From an uncultured Myxococcales bacterium (lineage in GTDB: Bacteria; Myxococcota_A; UBA9042), in NCBI GenBank assembly GCA_903850505.1, contig CAINLT010000173.1, positions 7,120 to 71,119 on the forward strand: a stretch of DNA of 64,000 bases, read 5' to 3'. A program made the translations under genes and the position numbers. How positions within the stretch are numbered: position 1 is the first letter of the stretch; each line of letters begins with the position of its first letter. The notes under the pieces were generated by a model. It worked only from the letters and a program-made list of their open reading frames with translations. It had not been told where the DNA came from and searched no databases. Positions 55,485-64,000 of this stretch are shown here, in pieces.

Positions 55485-58400
55485 TCAGTGGAAATCCCGG
55501 CTTCGCGGCGCGCTGACGGTTTGGGCGATTTCTGGCGTCCACAGGGTGTCCGCGATCAGGTGCACCACGCCGTCTTCTGTCTGGATGTGGCCAGTTACGC
55601 CCAGCAGGCTGGCCGTGCGGGCGACGACGCGAAAGCGCGCCATGATGTCCTTCCAGACGACGAGGTTGCAGAAACCCGTCTCATCCTCCAGCGTAAAAAA
55701 CGTCACGCCGCTCGCGGTTCCCGGGCTCTGCCGGCAGATCACCAGGCCGACGAACCGCACGCGCTTGCCCGTGCGCATCCGGTTGAGGTCGTGCGCCGTG
55801 GGCAGGCGGCGCTCAGCCAGGGCCTCGCGCAGCGGCTGGAGCGGATGGCCGCGGGTGGAGAGGCCGCTGCGCCGGTAGTCCCAGCCGATCGCGCCGCTCA
55901 AGCCCAGCGGCGCAAAGAGCGGCAGCGTCTCGTCCTGGGCCAGCAGCAGGGGCTCGCGCGTCCGATGCGCCAGCGCCCGCACCTGCCACAGCGCTTGTCG
56001 GCGATCGACGCCCAAGCTGTCCAGCGCGCCCACTTCCGCCAGCGCGTCCAGCGCCCGTTTGTCCAGGCGGGTTTGCCGAACAAAATCGTCCAGCTCCGCA
56101 TACGGCGCCGGCGCCATCTCCAGCCGCGCGCGGTGCAGCACAGTCAAGCCATGGACGAATTTCAGGCCCATGCGCACCGCGCCGCTCTCCAGCGTGCAAT
56201 CCCAAGCCGAGCGCTGGACGTCGATCGGCAGGATCGTCAGTCCGTGGCGCTTGGCGTCCTCGACCAGCGTCGCCGGCGTGTAGAAGCCCATCGGCCACGC
56301 GTTCAGCAGCGCGCAGGTAAACTCCGCCGGATGGTGGCACTTCAGCCACGCCGTCACGTAGGAAATCAACGCGAAGGACGCTGCGTGGCTCTCCGGAAAG
56401 CCGTACTCGCCAAAGCCGCGGATTTGCTGAAAAACCCGCTCGGCGAACTCCGCCGCGATCCCCTTCTGCACCATGCGCGTTGTCAGCTTCTCGTGGTGCT
56501 TTTCGATCGCGCCGGAGCGCCGCCACGCCGCCATGTCCCGCCGCAGTTGGTCTGCCTCGCCCGGCGTGTAGTCCGCCGCCACCATCGCCAGCCGCATCAC
56601 CTGCTCCTGGAACAGCGGCACGCCCAGCGTCTTCGCCAGCACCGGCTCCAGGCACACGTGCGGGTACTCGACTTTTTCCTTCCCCTGCCGCCGCCGCAGG
56701 TAAGGGTGCACCATGCCGCCGGTAATCGGCCCCGGGCGCACGATCGCCACCTCCACCACCAGATCGTAGAACGTCCGCGGCTGCAGGCGCGGCAGCATCG
56801 CCATCTGCGCGCGGCTCTCGATCTGGAACACGCCCACCGTGTCGCCGCGGCTGATCATCGCGTACGTCGCCGGATCCTCCGCCGGAATGGTCGCCATCGT
56901 CAGCTCGAGCTTCTTGCTTTCCTTGAGCAAATCCAGACAGCGGTGCACCTGCGCCAGCATGCCGAGGCCCAGCAGATCCACCTTGAACAGCCCCAGCGCC
57001 TCCACGTCGTTCTTGTCCCACTGGATGACGGTGCGCGCTTCCATCGTCGCGTTCTCAATCGGCACCAGCGTGTCGATCGGCTCGTGGCCCAGAAGGAAGC
57101 CGCCGGGATGGATGCCCAGATGCCGCGGGAAATCCTGGATCTCGTTGGCCAGTTCCAGCAGCAGCCGGTGCGACTGCGACTCCAGGGCAAACCCCGCGGT
57201 CTTGAGTTGCGCCGCGTCGATGTCCTCGCCCCACGACGAGACAAAGCGCGACGCGCGGTCCAGGTCCGTCTCCGGAATGCCCAGCACCTTGCCCACCTCG
57301 CGGATCGCCGACTTGCCGCGAAACCGGATGACGTTGCAGACCATCGCCGCGTGCGATCGCCCTGTTTGCACGCACGCCGCCGGATTGTCGGCATTTTTGG
57401 CCGCCGGATGCAGCGGATCGTAGCGGCCATAGACGTGCTGGATCACCTCCTCGCGCCGCTCGTGCTCGATGTCCAGATCGATGTCCGGCGGCTCCGCACG
57501 CTCAAGCGACAGGAACCGCTCAAACAGCAGCCCCATGCGCACCGGGTCAATCGCGGTGATGCCCAGGACGTAGCAGACGACAGAATTGGCCGCCGATCCG
57601 CGTCCTTGGCACAGGATCCCCTGCTGGTTGCAGAACTGCACGATCTCCCACATCGTCAGGAAATAGCCCGCGTAGTCGAGCTGGTGGATGAGCCCGAGCT
57701 CCTTGCTCAGCTGCGCGCGCACGTCGTCCGGCACGCCCTGCGGATAGCGCCACGCCGCGCCTTGCCAACTCAGCCGCTCAAAGTGCTCCGCGGTCGTCGT
57801 GCCATCGGGCAGCCGCGCCAACGGGTAGACGTAGCGCAGCTCCTTGAGCGAAAAGTCGCAGCGCTCCGCCACCGCGAGCGTCTGGTGCAGCCAAGCCGGC
57901 TCGTCGCGGAACAGCTGGGCAAACGCGTCCGGTGCCAGCAGATCGTGTGCCGCGTTGGGCTTGAGGTGCTGGCCGGCGCTGTCCAGCGTCAGACCGAGGC
58001 GAATGCACGTCAGCACGTCCTGCAGCCGCCGGCGCGCGGCGTCGTGGTACAGCACTTCGCGCCCCGCGACGCCTTGCCACCCGCAGTGCGCCAAAAGCCG
58101 CCGCATCTGCCGTTCGCGCGGCTTGTCCACTTCCTCGCCATGGCGCGCGCACATGCCGTACGCGCGATCGCCAAAAGCCGCCGCGATGTCCTGCAGCCAC
58201 GGCGCGCGCAGATCGTCGGGCGGTTGGTGCATCAGCAGCAGCAGGCCCTCGGCGTGGGTCGCGAGCTCCTGCCAACTGTTCAGCGCGCCGCCTTTCTGGC
58301 TTCGCCGTCGGCCCAGCGTCGCCAAGCGGCACAGGTTGCCATAGCCCGCGCGGTTCATCGCCAGCAGCACCGGCGTCTGCGGCTGCGCGGCGGCGATGTG

Positions 58401-58652
58401 CTCGGGCAGCAGCAGCGGAACCTCCGGCAGCGTGTCCGCGACCGTCAGCTGCGAGCCAAACAGCAGCTTCAGGCCCAGATCTTTTGCCGCCTCGTGCGCC
58501 CGCACGATCCCCGGGACGCCATCGCGATCCGTCACCGCCAGCGCCGGCAGGCCCAGCGCATGCGCGCGTTCGACAAGTTCGTCGGGCCGCGAGGCGCCTT
58601 CCAGAAAGCTGAAGTGGGTTTTGACCCACAGCGGTACGTACGGCGTTGTCAT
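55485..58652 (-). CDS. dnaE2: Error-prone DNA polymerase (Pol III alpha-like) DnaE2/ImuC
   Basis: PHP N-terminus ([27 protein letters not shown]) and a Pol III alpha core. It is the last gene of an imuA-imuB-dnaE2 array. ATG 58652 overlaps the imuB stop (ATGA). Confidence 0.92.
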   Translation of the reverse strand: MTTPYVPLWVKTHFSFLEGASRPDELVERAHALGLPALAVTDRDGVPGIVRAHEAAKDLGLKLLFGSQLTVADTLPEVPLLLPEHIAAAQPQTPVLLAMNRAGYGNLCRLATLGRRRSQKGGALNSWQELATHAEGLLLLMHQPPDDLRAPWLQDIAAAFGDRAYGMCARHGEEVDKPRERQMRRLLAHCGWQGVAGREVLYHDAARRRLQDVLTCIRLGLTLDSAGQHLKPNAAHDLLAPDAFAQLFRDEPAWLHQTLAVAERCDFSLKELRYVYPLARLPDGTTTAEHFERLSWQGAAWRYPQGVPDDVRAQLSKELGLIHQLDYAGYFLTMWEIVQFCNQQGILCQGRGSAANSVVCYVLGITAIDPVRMGLLFERFLSLERAEPPDIDLDIEHERREEVIQHVYGRYDPLHPAAKNADNPAACVQTGRSHAAMVCNVIRFRGKSAIREVGKVLGIPETDLDRASRFVSSWGEDIDAAQLKTAGFALESQSHRLLLELANEIQDFPRHLGIHPGGFLLGHEPIDTLVPIENATMEARTVIQWDKNDVEALGLFKVDLLGLGMLAQVHRCLDLLKESKKLELTMATIPAEDPATYAMISRGDTVGVFQIESRAQMAMLPRLQPRTFYDLVVEVAIVRPGPITGGMVHPYLRRRQGKEKVEYPHVCLEPVLAKTLGVPLFQEQVMRLAMVAADYTPGEADQLRRDMAAWRRSGAIEKHHEKLTTRMVQKGIAAEFAERVFQQIRGFGEYGFPESHAASFALISYVTAWLKCHHPAEFTCALLNAWPMGFYTPATLVEDAKRHGLTILPIDVQRSAWDCTLESGAVRMGLKFVHGLTVLHRARLEMAPAPYAELDDFVRQTRLDKRALDALAEVGALDSLGVDRRQALWQVRALAHRTREPLLLAQDETLPLFAPLGLSGAIGWDYRRSGLSTRGHPLQPLREALAERRLPTAHDLNRMRTGKRVRFVGLVICRQSPGTASGVTFFTLEDETGFCNLVVWKDIMARFRVVARTASLLGVTGHIQTEDGVVHLIADTLWTPEIAQTVSAPRSRDFH

Positions 58653-60232
58653 TCCAAAAAACCGTGGCAAAACCATGCGTCCCGTGCGGGCTCATGGAAC
58701 ACCCAGAGCACCGTGCCGCGGTCCGTTGTGGCGTAGCCGTAGTCGCGGCAGCGATCGGTCTGGCTGATCGAGCGCCACCAGCCGCCGGCCAGGCGATACG
58801 GACCGTCAAAGTGCACAACCGTCTCGGGCCTGAACGGCGCGAGCCGCCACGGTCGATTGCCCGGCGGCTTGGGCGGCAGGCGGGCGGGCTGGCTCAGCAG
58901 GCGGCGGACGAGCTGCAGCGGCGGTTGCTGTGGCAGGCGGATCACGTTGTCCGGCTGCTGCGGCGCGCGCGCCGTCTGGATCCGCAGCTTGCGCAGCGGC
59001 AGCCAAGCGAACTGGCCCTCGGGCAGCCACGCCGACCGCACCGTCGCCGCCACCACCGCGTCTTCGCCAAACAGCGCGCGCAGCCGGGCCAGCGCCAGCG
59101 CCGCGGCATGCGGATCCCGCTGGCCCTGCAACTGCCACAGCGCCAACTGCTCTGCCGTCGCGGGCACACCGTGCAGCGCCAGCCGCAGCGTCTTGACCGC
59201 GGCTGCCAAGGGCGTGCGATCCAGCGCCAGTCGCACCAGATCGAGCAGTTGCAGCTCCTGCAGCGTCGGTTCAGCGGGTTGCAGGTGCAGCGGAACATCG
59301 GCCAGCGCGGCCTCGTCCAGCACCAGCAGCACCTCCAGCCGCGCCACGGCTTGCCGCCGCGCCACAAGCAGCGGCAACAGCTGGGCCAGCAGCCCCTTGG
59401 CGGCAAACAGCAGGCGCTCGGCGTTGTTGTCAGCCGGCTCAAAGTCGCGCGCCGCCACCGGTTCAGGCGTTGGCAGTTCCGCGGCGAGCGGCATCGGCAC
59501 GTCATGCGCCAGGCGCCGCCGCAGCATCGCCACCTGCAGCCCCATGCGCTCACGCAGCGCGGTCTCCGGCAGCTTGGCCAAATCGCCCAGGGTCGCCACG
59601 CCCAGCCGCTCCAGCTCATCGCGCAGCTTGGGGGCGATGCCCCAGGTCGCGCCCAGGCTCGCGAGCTGCACCTGCGCGCACGTCTGCATCTCCTGCTGCG
59701 GGTCGATGAGCACGCGCACGCCGTGAAAATGCCGGGCGATCGCGTAGGTAGCCAACCGGTCAAAACCCAGCACAACGGCGGCGTACCAGCCTGCTTCGCG
59801 CAGTTTGACGCGAATGGCCTCGCTCCACTGCGCGTGGATCGCCGCCAGCGGCAGGTCCGGATAGAAGCGCGAGAGGCCATTGGCGTCCAGCCAGAAAACG
59901 CCGGGCTCCTGCCGCGCCGGCTCCACCAGCGGCGTGAACGTCCGCAGCAGCTCGGCGATCGCGGAGATCGCCGCCTGTTGTTCCGCATCCGGCACCAGCC
60001 CGGCGCGCAACTGCGCACACAGGCTCAGGGCGTGGCCGTAACGCGCGCCCGTCCGCACTCCCGCCGCGCGCGCCGCCCGGTTGCTCCACAGCACCACGCC
60101 TTGCGGATGGAGTTCATCGACAATCACCGCGGGCAAGTTCGCCAGCTCGGGCTCGCGCCGCACCAGGCATTGCAGCGGCAGCGCCGGCACGTCAACGCAC
60201 GCCAGGCGCTTGGCGTCAGAGTTCCAGACCAT
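58649..60232 (-). CDS. imuB: ImuB, Y-family DNA-polymerase-like protein
   Basis: N-terminus [21 protein letters not shown] with a UmuC-like layout, positioned between imuA and dnaE2. ATG 60232 overlaps the end of imuA by 17 nt. Confidence 0.85.
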   Translation of the reverse strand: MVWNSDAKRLACVDVPALPLQCLVRREPELANLPAVIVDELHPQGVVLWSNRAARAAGVRTGARYGHALSLCAQLRAGLVPDAEQQAAISAIAELLRTFTPLVEPARQEPGVFWLDANGLSRFYPDLPLAAIHAQWSEAIRVKLREAGWYAAVVLGFDRLATYAIARHFHGVRVLIDPQQEMQTCAQVQLASLGATWGIAPKLRDELERLGVATLGDLAKLPETALRERMGLQVAMLRRRLAHDVPMPLAAELPTPEPVAARDFEPADNNAERLLFAAKGLLAQLLPLLVARRQAVARLEVLLVLDEAALADVPLHLQPAEPTLQELQLLDLVRLALDRTPLAAAVKTLRLALHGVPATAEQLALWQLQGQRDPHAAALALARLRALFGEDAVVAATVRSAWLPEGQFAWLPLRKLRIQTARAPQQPDNVIRLPQQPPLQLVRRLLSQPARLPPKPPGNRPWRLAPFRPETVVHFDGPYRLAGGWWRSISQTDRCRDYGYATTDRGTVLWVFHEPARDAWFCHGFLE

Positions 60233-60905
60233 CCGGCCCTCCGCTGACTTCTGCGCGCAACGTCGCCGGGCCACGCCGCTTGTCTTTCTTGACGTCCAGC
60301 CGCAGCCGCCGCGGATCCTCGCGATCGCGCGCCACCGTCAAACGCAGCGACACCAGAGAAGTCTGCAGAAAACCTTGATTTTCTTGCTGCGTGCCGTGTT
60401 CTGCGGGCTCCGGCGTCAAGAACACGAGCGCGGCCGCGTGCTTCTGGCACAGTCCGAGCAGCCGGCCCAGGGCATTGTCCAGCGATCGCGAGGCATCCAG
60501 CGCCCGTTGGCTCGCCGCCGTGGCATCGATCGCGCACAGGCCAAAAGCGCCCGACCGCAGCAGCACATCGGCCGCGCGCAATTGCGCCTGAAGGTCCGGC
60601 AGCCGCAACATGGGCAGGCGATCGAGGGTCACGCCCGCGCGCTGCAAGTCCGGCGGAAATGGCGTGCTTTCAAGCGTGTGCAGCCAGATCGCGACGTCCC
60701 CCGCCGCCTGCACTTGCGTCGTCAACTGCGCCAGCCACGCCAGCCGCAGCGAGCGCGCGCCCCCCACGACCTCCACGAGACGACCGACCAGATCGGGCCA
60801 GTCGAGCCGCTGCTGTCCCGGTCGCCGCGCGCGATCGAGATCCGCCAACGTCTGGAATGTCTGGAGGGTTTGCTGGGCGGTCAGGTTGTGCGGCAGCGGT
60901 TTCAT
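60216..60905 (-). CDS. imuA: ImuA-like (RecA/SulA-fold) translesion-synthesis accessory protein
   Basis: 229 aa and first gene of the cassette, immediately downstream of an SOS box. It has a degenerate RecA-like core (LVEVVGGARSLRLAWLAQL..., FGLCAIDA). The call rests mainly on context. Confidence 0.75.
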   Translation of the reverse strand: MKPLPHNLTAQQTLQTFQTLADLDRARRPGQQRLDWPDLVGRLVEVVGGARSLRLAWLAQLTTQVQAAGDVAIWLHTLESTPFPPDLQRAGVTLDRLPMLRLPDLQAQLRAADVLLRSGAFGLCAIDATAASQRALDASRSLDNALGRLLGLCQKHAAALVFLTPEPAEHGTQQENQGFLQTSLVSLRLTVARDREDPRRLRLDVKKDKRRGPATLRAEVSGGPDGLEL

Positions 60906-60918
60906 CCCCGCCAGTATA

Positions 60919-60934
60919 CTGAACGCATGTTCAG
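60919..60934 (-). promoter_or_regulatory. LexA (SOS) box in the imuA promoter
   Basis: Perfect palindrome CTGAAC-N4-GTTCAG. Read on the minus strand, CTGAACATGCGTTCAG(T) matches 16 of 17 positions of the published Myxococcus xanthus LexA box CTRHAMRYBYGTTCAGS. It is flanked by TGTACA (-35-like, 60935-60940) and TATACT (-10-like, 60913-60918). Confidence 0.7.
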
Positions 60935-60959
60935 TGTACAGCGGGATCTGCTGGGTCGG

Positions 60960-61709
60960 CTAAAACGCGATCCCGCCGTCGACGTCGATCGTGCGGCCGT
61001 TGAAATAGTCGCACTCCAGGCAGAATTTCACCGCCAGCCACAGGTCCTCAGGCTGGCCCACGCGGCCGACGGGAATCGTCGCGACAAAGGCCTCCAGCGC
61101 TTTCTGGTTCATGCCCGCCGTCATCGGCGTCTGGACCATGCCCGGCGCCACGCAGCAGACGCGGACGCCAAACGGCGCGAATTCACGGCTCCACGTCACG
61201 GTATTGGCGGCCATCGCGGCCTTGCTCGCGACGTAGTTGGACTGGCCGCGGTTCCCGTGCCGCGCGATCGAGCTCATGTTGACGATGACGCCCGGCTTCT
61301 GATCGGTCTCCGCCATCTTCGCGACGACTTCGCGCACCATCCACATCGCGCCGGTCAGGTTGATGCCGAGCAGCGCCTGCCACTTGGCCGTCGGAAACCG
61401 CACGATCTCGCCCGTCGCGCGGTCCTTCTTGACCAGCAGCCCGTCGGCGATGATGCCGGCATTGTTGACCAGCCCATTCAAGCCGCCCATCTCGCCGTGC
61501 GCCCACTGGACAAAATCCGCGACTTCAGACTCCACGCTCACGTCCAGCCGGCGCTTGTGCACGCCCGCCGGCAAGTTCTGCGTCATCGCCGCGTCATTGA
61601 TGTCGCCCGCGCACACCTGCGCCCCGGCTTCAAACAGCCGCGTGGCAAAGTGCGCGCCCATGCCGTTGCCGGCACCCGTGACAATAATTTTCAGATCGGC
61701 CAGTTGCAT
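60960..61709 (-). CDS. SDR-family oxidoreductase (FabG-like)
   Basis: TGAGNGMG (TGxxxGxG), NNAG and the catalytic YVASK (YxxxK). ATG 61709 has a GAGGAG RBS. The longer track ORF to 61916 was rejected. Confidence 0.88.
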   Translation of the reverse strand: MQLADLKIIVTGAGNGMGAHFATRLFEAGAQVCAGDINDAAMTQNLPAGVHKRRLDVSVESEVADFVQWAHGEMGGLNGLVNNAGIIADGLLVKKDRATGEIVRFPTAKWQALLGINLTGAMWMVREVVAKMAETDQKPGVIVNMSSIARHGNRGQSNYVASKAAMAANTVTWSREFAPFGVRVCCVAPGMVQTPMTAGMNQKALEAFVATIPVGRVGQPEDLWLAVKFCLECDYFNGRTIDVDGGIAF

Positions 61710-61910
61710 CCGGTTCTCCTCGCCCGATCGCCGTCGTGGGGATCGTTTGGCGCGCGGAGGGTAGCAAAGAACCCGTCCGGGCGCCTGCCCTACGCAATAA
61801 TGTGGATTGTATGGCAATCCGATGACAGAGCACCCGCGGTTTGCGTTGACAGGGCTCGGCGCACTGCTTGGCTGGAGGGGGCAGCCGTGAGGGGTGCCCG
61901 GAGGAGAGCC

Positions 61911-64000
61911 ATGCACACGATTTCTGCCAACCGCGCCGTCGCGCTTTTCGCACTGCTCCTGTTGTCCGCTTGCGGCACCAAGGCGTCTACGGATTCGCGT
62001 CAGTCCGATTTCACCTCGCTCAAGCCCGGTACCAGCGGCAACCAGAAAGCCGGCAGCGCGGACACGTCCGCTGCGGCCGACAGCGGGACCAACGCCGTCA
62101 AGATCGAGGACAGCGACGTCGTGCGCATGGTCGGCGACAAACTCTACATCCTGAACGCATTCCGCGGACTGCAGGCGGTCGATGCCGGTGATCCGCTCGC
62201 GCCCAAGCTACTGGGCCACGTGCCCGCTCAGGGCACGCCGCGGGAAATGTACGTCGCCGATGGCCTCGCGACCGTATTGCTGAGCGAACACTACAGCTTC
62301 GCCAGCACCAGCCCGGGCCAGTTGCAGTCGACAGTCGGCAGCCAAGTCCAGGTCATCGACCTCGCCAACCCCGCCGCGATGAAAACCGCCGTGTCGATCG
62401 ACTTGCCCGGCTGGGTCGTCGCCAGCCGCCGCATCGACAACCGCCTGATCGTCGTCACTGCAGACGTCGGCCAAACGCCATGGTGGGGCTGGTGCTGGGG
62501 GCCATACGCCTGCATGTCCAGCGCAACGAGCGATGTGGCAACCGGCGGCGGCTCCGCCACATCGACCGCATCCAGCCCCGCCAGCATGTGGTGGCCTTGG
62601 GGCGGCTACAGCTACGGCGCGTGGGCAGCCAGCGGCCGCGTCAGCATCATCGACCAGCAGGACCCCAAGAATTCCAAGCTGCTGGGCAGCGTGCAGTTTG
62701 ACGGCGGCGTCGCGCTTGCGGTGATCCAGCCCGGGGAAGTGCTGGTCCTCGGCTCGCAGTGGCAGACCGTCAACAACGCCTCGCAGCGCATCGATCGCAC
62801 GCAGCAGATCGCCATTGCCGCGGATGGTTCGGCCAAAATCGCGGCGACGGATACACAGACGCTGACCGGCAATGATGTCTGGTATGCCGGACTGCGGAGC
62901 GCTGCGGCGCTTGGCGCGGGTGAATTGGCCGTGACTTCATCCACCTACCAGAACGGCACGCAGCCGACCGTGGGCGTGCAAGTGCAGCACCGCAAGGTCG
63001 CCGACGGCAAGTGGACCGATTTGGGCACGTGGCAAGCGAGCACGCCGCAGGGCTGGTGGGACGTGCGTTTTGACGGCAAGGTCGCGCTTGTCAGCGAAGG
63101 CGGCTGGGAGAGCAAGACCAACGGCGTGACGTCGACGACGCTGCATGTCCTGGATCTGGCCGCGGCGCCGACGGAGACGGCACAACTCGCGTTGCCGGGG
63201 AGCAGCCAGCCGGTGCTGGCCACCTCGCTCGCGCAGACCGCCCCGGGCCTGTGGCTGCTGAGCGGCGTGTTGGCCGACCAGACGGGTGCGGGGCAAACGA
63301 CGCTGCGGACGCTGTCCTTGGCGGACATCAAGAAGCCCAAACTGCTGGGCCAGGCGACGGTGAATGGCGGCTATGCGTGGTGGGGCACGGGTACGGAAGT
63401 GCTGGAGGGCGCGGGCGTGATCCTTGCGGCGACCCAGAGCGCTGACGGCAAGACGCCGAATACGCTGAAGATCGTCAGTTTTGATGGCGCGGGCGCGCTG
63501 ACGCTGCACGGCGCGTTTGGCTCGAATCTCGTCTCGTGGTGGCAGCTGCGCAGCCTCGCGGCGGGGACCAAGCTGTGGCGCGTGGGCAATCAGGCGCTGG
63601 AGAGCGTGGACATCGCCAACCTCGATCAGCCCAAGCCGCTGGGAACGCTGGAGCTGGCCGCGCAGGTGAGCGCGCTCGCGAGCGTGTCCGGGCGCGTGGT
63701 GGCGCTCGTCACGGATTGGCAGACCAACACCGCGCAACTGCGGACGTTGCAGAAGGACGCGATCGACGAACAGCACGTCGACGCCAAGCTGACGGTGCCC
63801 GAAGGCTGGGGACGGCTGGTGGTCGTGGGCAACATCGTCTGGTTCATCGGCAACCAGACCGTCCGGGCGTTTGACTACACCGATCCGCTGCAGCCCAAGG
63901 CGCGCGGCACGTGGACGACGAACGGCACGAGCAACTTGTGGTACGACTTGAGCGGTGCGGTGCAAAAAGGCAGCGTGCTGTGGCTTGTGGGCCACCAGTC
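61911..64000 (+). CDS. Secreted beta-propeller-domain lipoprotein (3'-truncated by window edge); absent from the supplied ORF track
   Basis: I translated it by hand. ATG 61911 follows a GGAGGAG RBS, there is a lipobox (LLLLSACG), and no stop occurs through nt 64000. GC3 is high. Repeated segments such as LYILNAFRGLQAVDAGDPLAPKLLG, LHVLDLAAAPTE, LSLADIKKPKLLG, VDIANLDQPKPLG and FDYTDPLQPKA are typical of the secreted beta-propeller family (PF09826-like, from memory). Confidence 0.75.
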   Translation, partial: MHTISANRAVALFALLLLSACGTKASTDSRQSDFTSLKPGTSGNQKAGSADTSAAADSGTNAVKIEDSDVVRMVGDKLYILNAFRGLQAVDAGDPLAPKLLGHVPAQGTPREMYVADGLATVLLSEHYSFASTSPGQLQSTVGSQVQVIDLANPAAMKTAVSIDLPGWVVASRRIDNRLIVVTADVGQTPWWGWCWGPYACMSSATSDVATGGGSATSTASSPASMWWPWGGYSYGAWAASGRVSIIDQQDPKNSKLLGSVQFDGGVALAVIQPGEVLVLGSQWQTVNNASQRIDRTQQIAIAADGSAKIAATDTQTLTGNDVWYAGLRSAAALGAGELAVTSSTYQNGTQPTVGVQVQHRKVADGKWTDLGTWQASTPQGWWDVRFDGKVALVSEGGWESKTNGVTSTTLHVLDLAAAPTETAQLALPGSSQPVLATSLAQTAPGLWLLSGVLADQTGAGQTTLRTLSLADIKKPKLLGQATVNGGYAWWGTGTEVLEGAGVILAATQSADGKTPNTLKIVSFDGAGALTLHGAFGSNLVSWWQLRSLAAGTKLWRVGNQALESVDIANLDQPKPLGTLELAAQVSALASVSGRVVALVTDWQTNTAQLRTLQKDAIDEQHVDAKLTVPEGWGRLVVVGNIVWFIGNQTVRAFDYTDPLQPKARGTWTTNGTSNLWYDLSGAVQKGSVLWLVGHQ

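Overview
High-GC bacterial chromosomal segment. Hand counts of 60-nt samples give about 78% G+C in typical genes and 50-57% in two atypical regions. Several hallmarks suggest Myxococcota, possibly a Haliangium-like lineage, but this is inference only: a 13.6 kb Cys-rich D-N-N-C repeat lipoprotein gene, EutN/CcmL-type microcompartment vertex genes, and an imuA-imuB-dnaE2 cassette behind a Myxococcus-type LexA box. I support about 46 protein genes, one tRNA-Pro(UGG) and a truncated copy of its 5' half. Most of the window is housekeeping: secD/secF, recJ, an L,D-transpeptidase, PBP4, lpd, pfk, a MoxR-DUF58-BatA cluster with sodB inside it, deoA, lspA-lgt-uppS-cdsA-lipB, and an SDR. Five regions stand out. 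(1) At 28.9-36.2 kb there is a lower-GC cluster of four radical-SAM-type genes plus two HxsD-like small proteins, with no visible His-Xaa-Ser substrate. This is my best candidate for an undescribed modification system. (2) At 21.0-25.1 kb there is a shell-less microcompartment satellite locus: two BMC-P genes translationally coupled to a class II aldolase, opposite a CitE-like lyase, with candidate encapsulation peptides. (3) An ~0.8 kb lower-GC region with no convincing ORF lies upstream of the giant gene. (4) The giant lipoprotein itself has an internal threefold module and a lamin-tail-like domain. (5) A 58-bp duplication of the tRNA-Pro 5' half lies next to the SOS mutagenesis cassette. 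I saw no CRISPR array, rRNA, transposase or integrase. Many long ORFs in the supplied track are antisense shadow ORFs typical of high-GC DNA. One real gene (61911 to the window end) is missing from the track because it has no stop inside the window.
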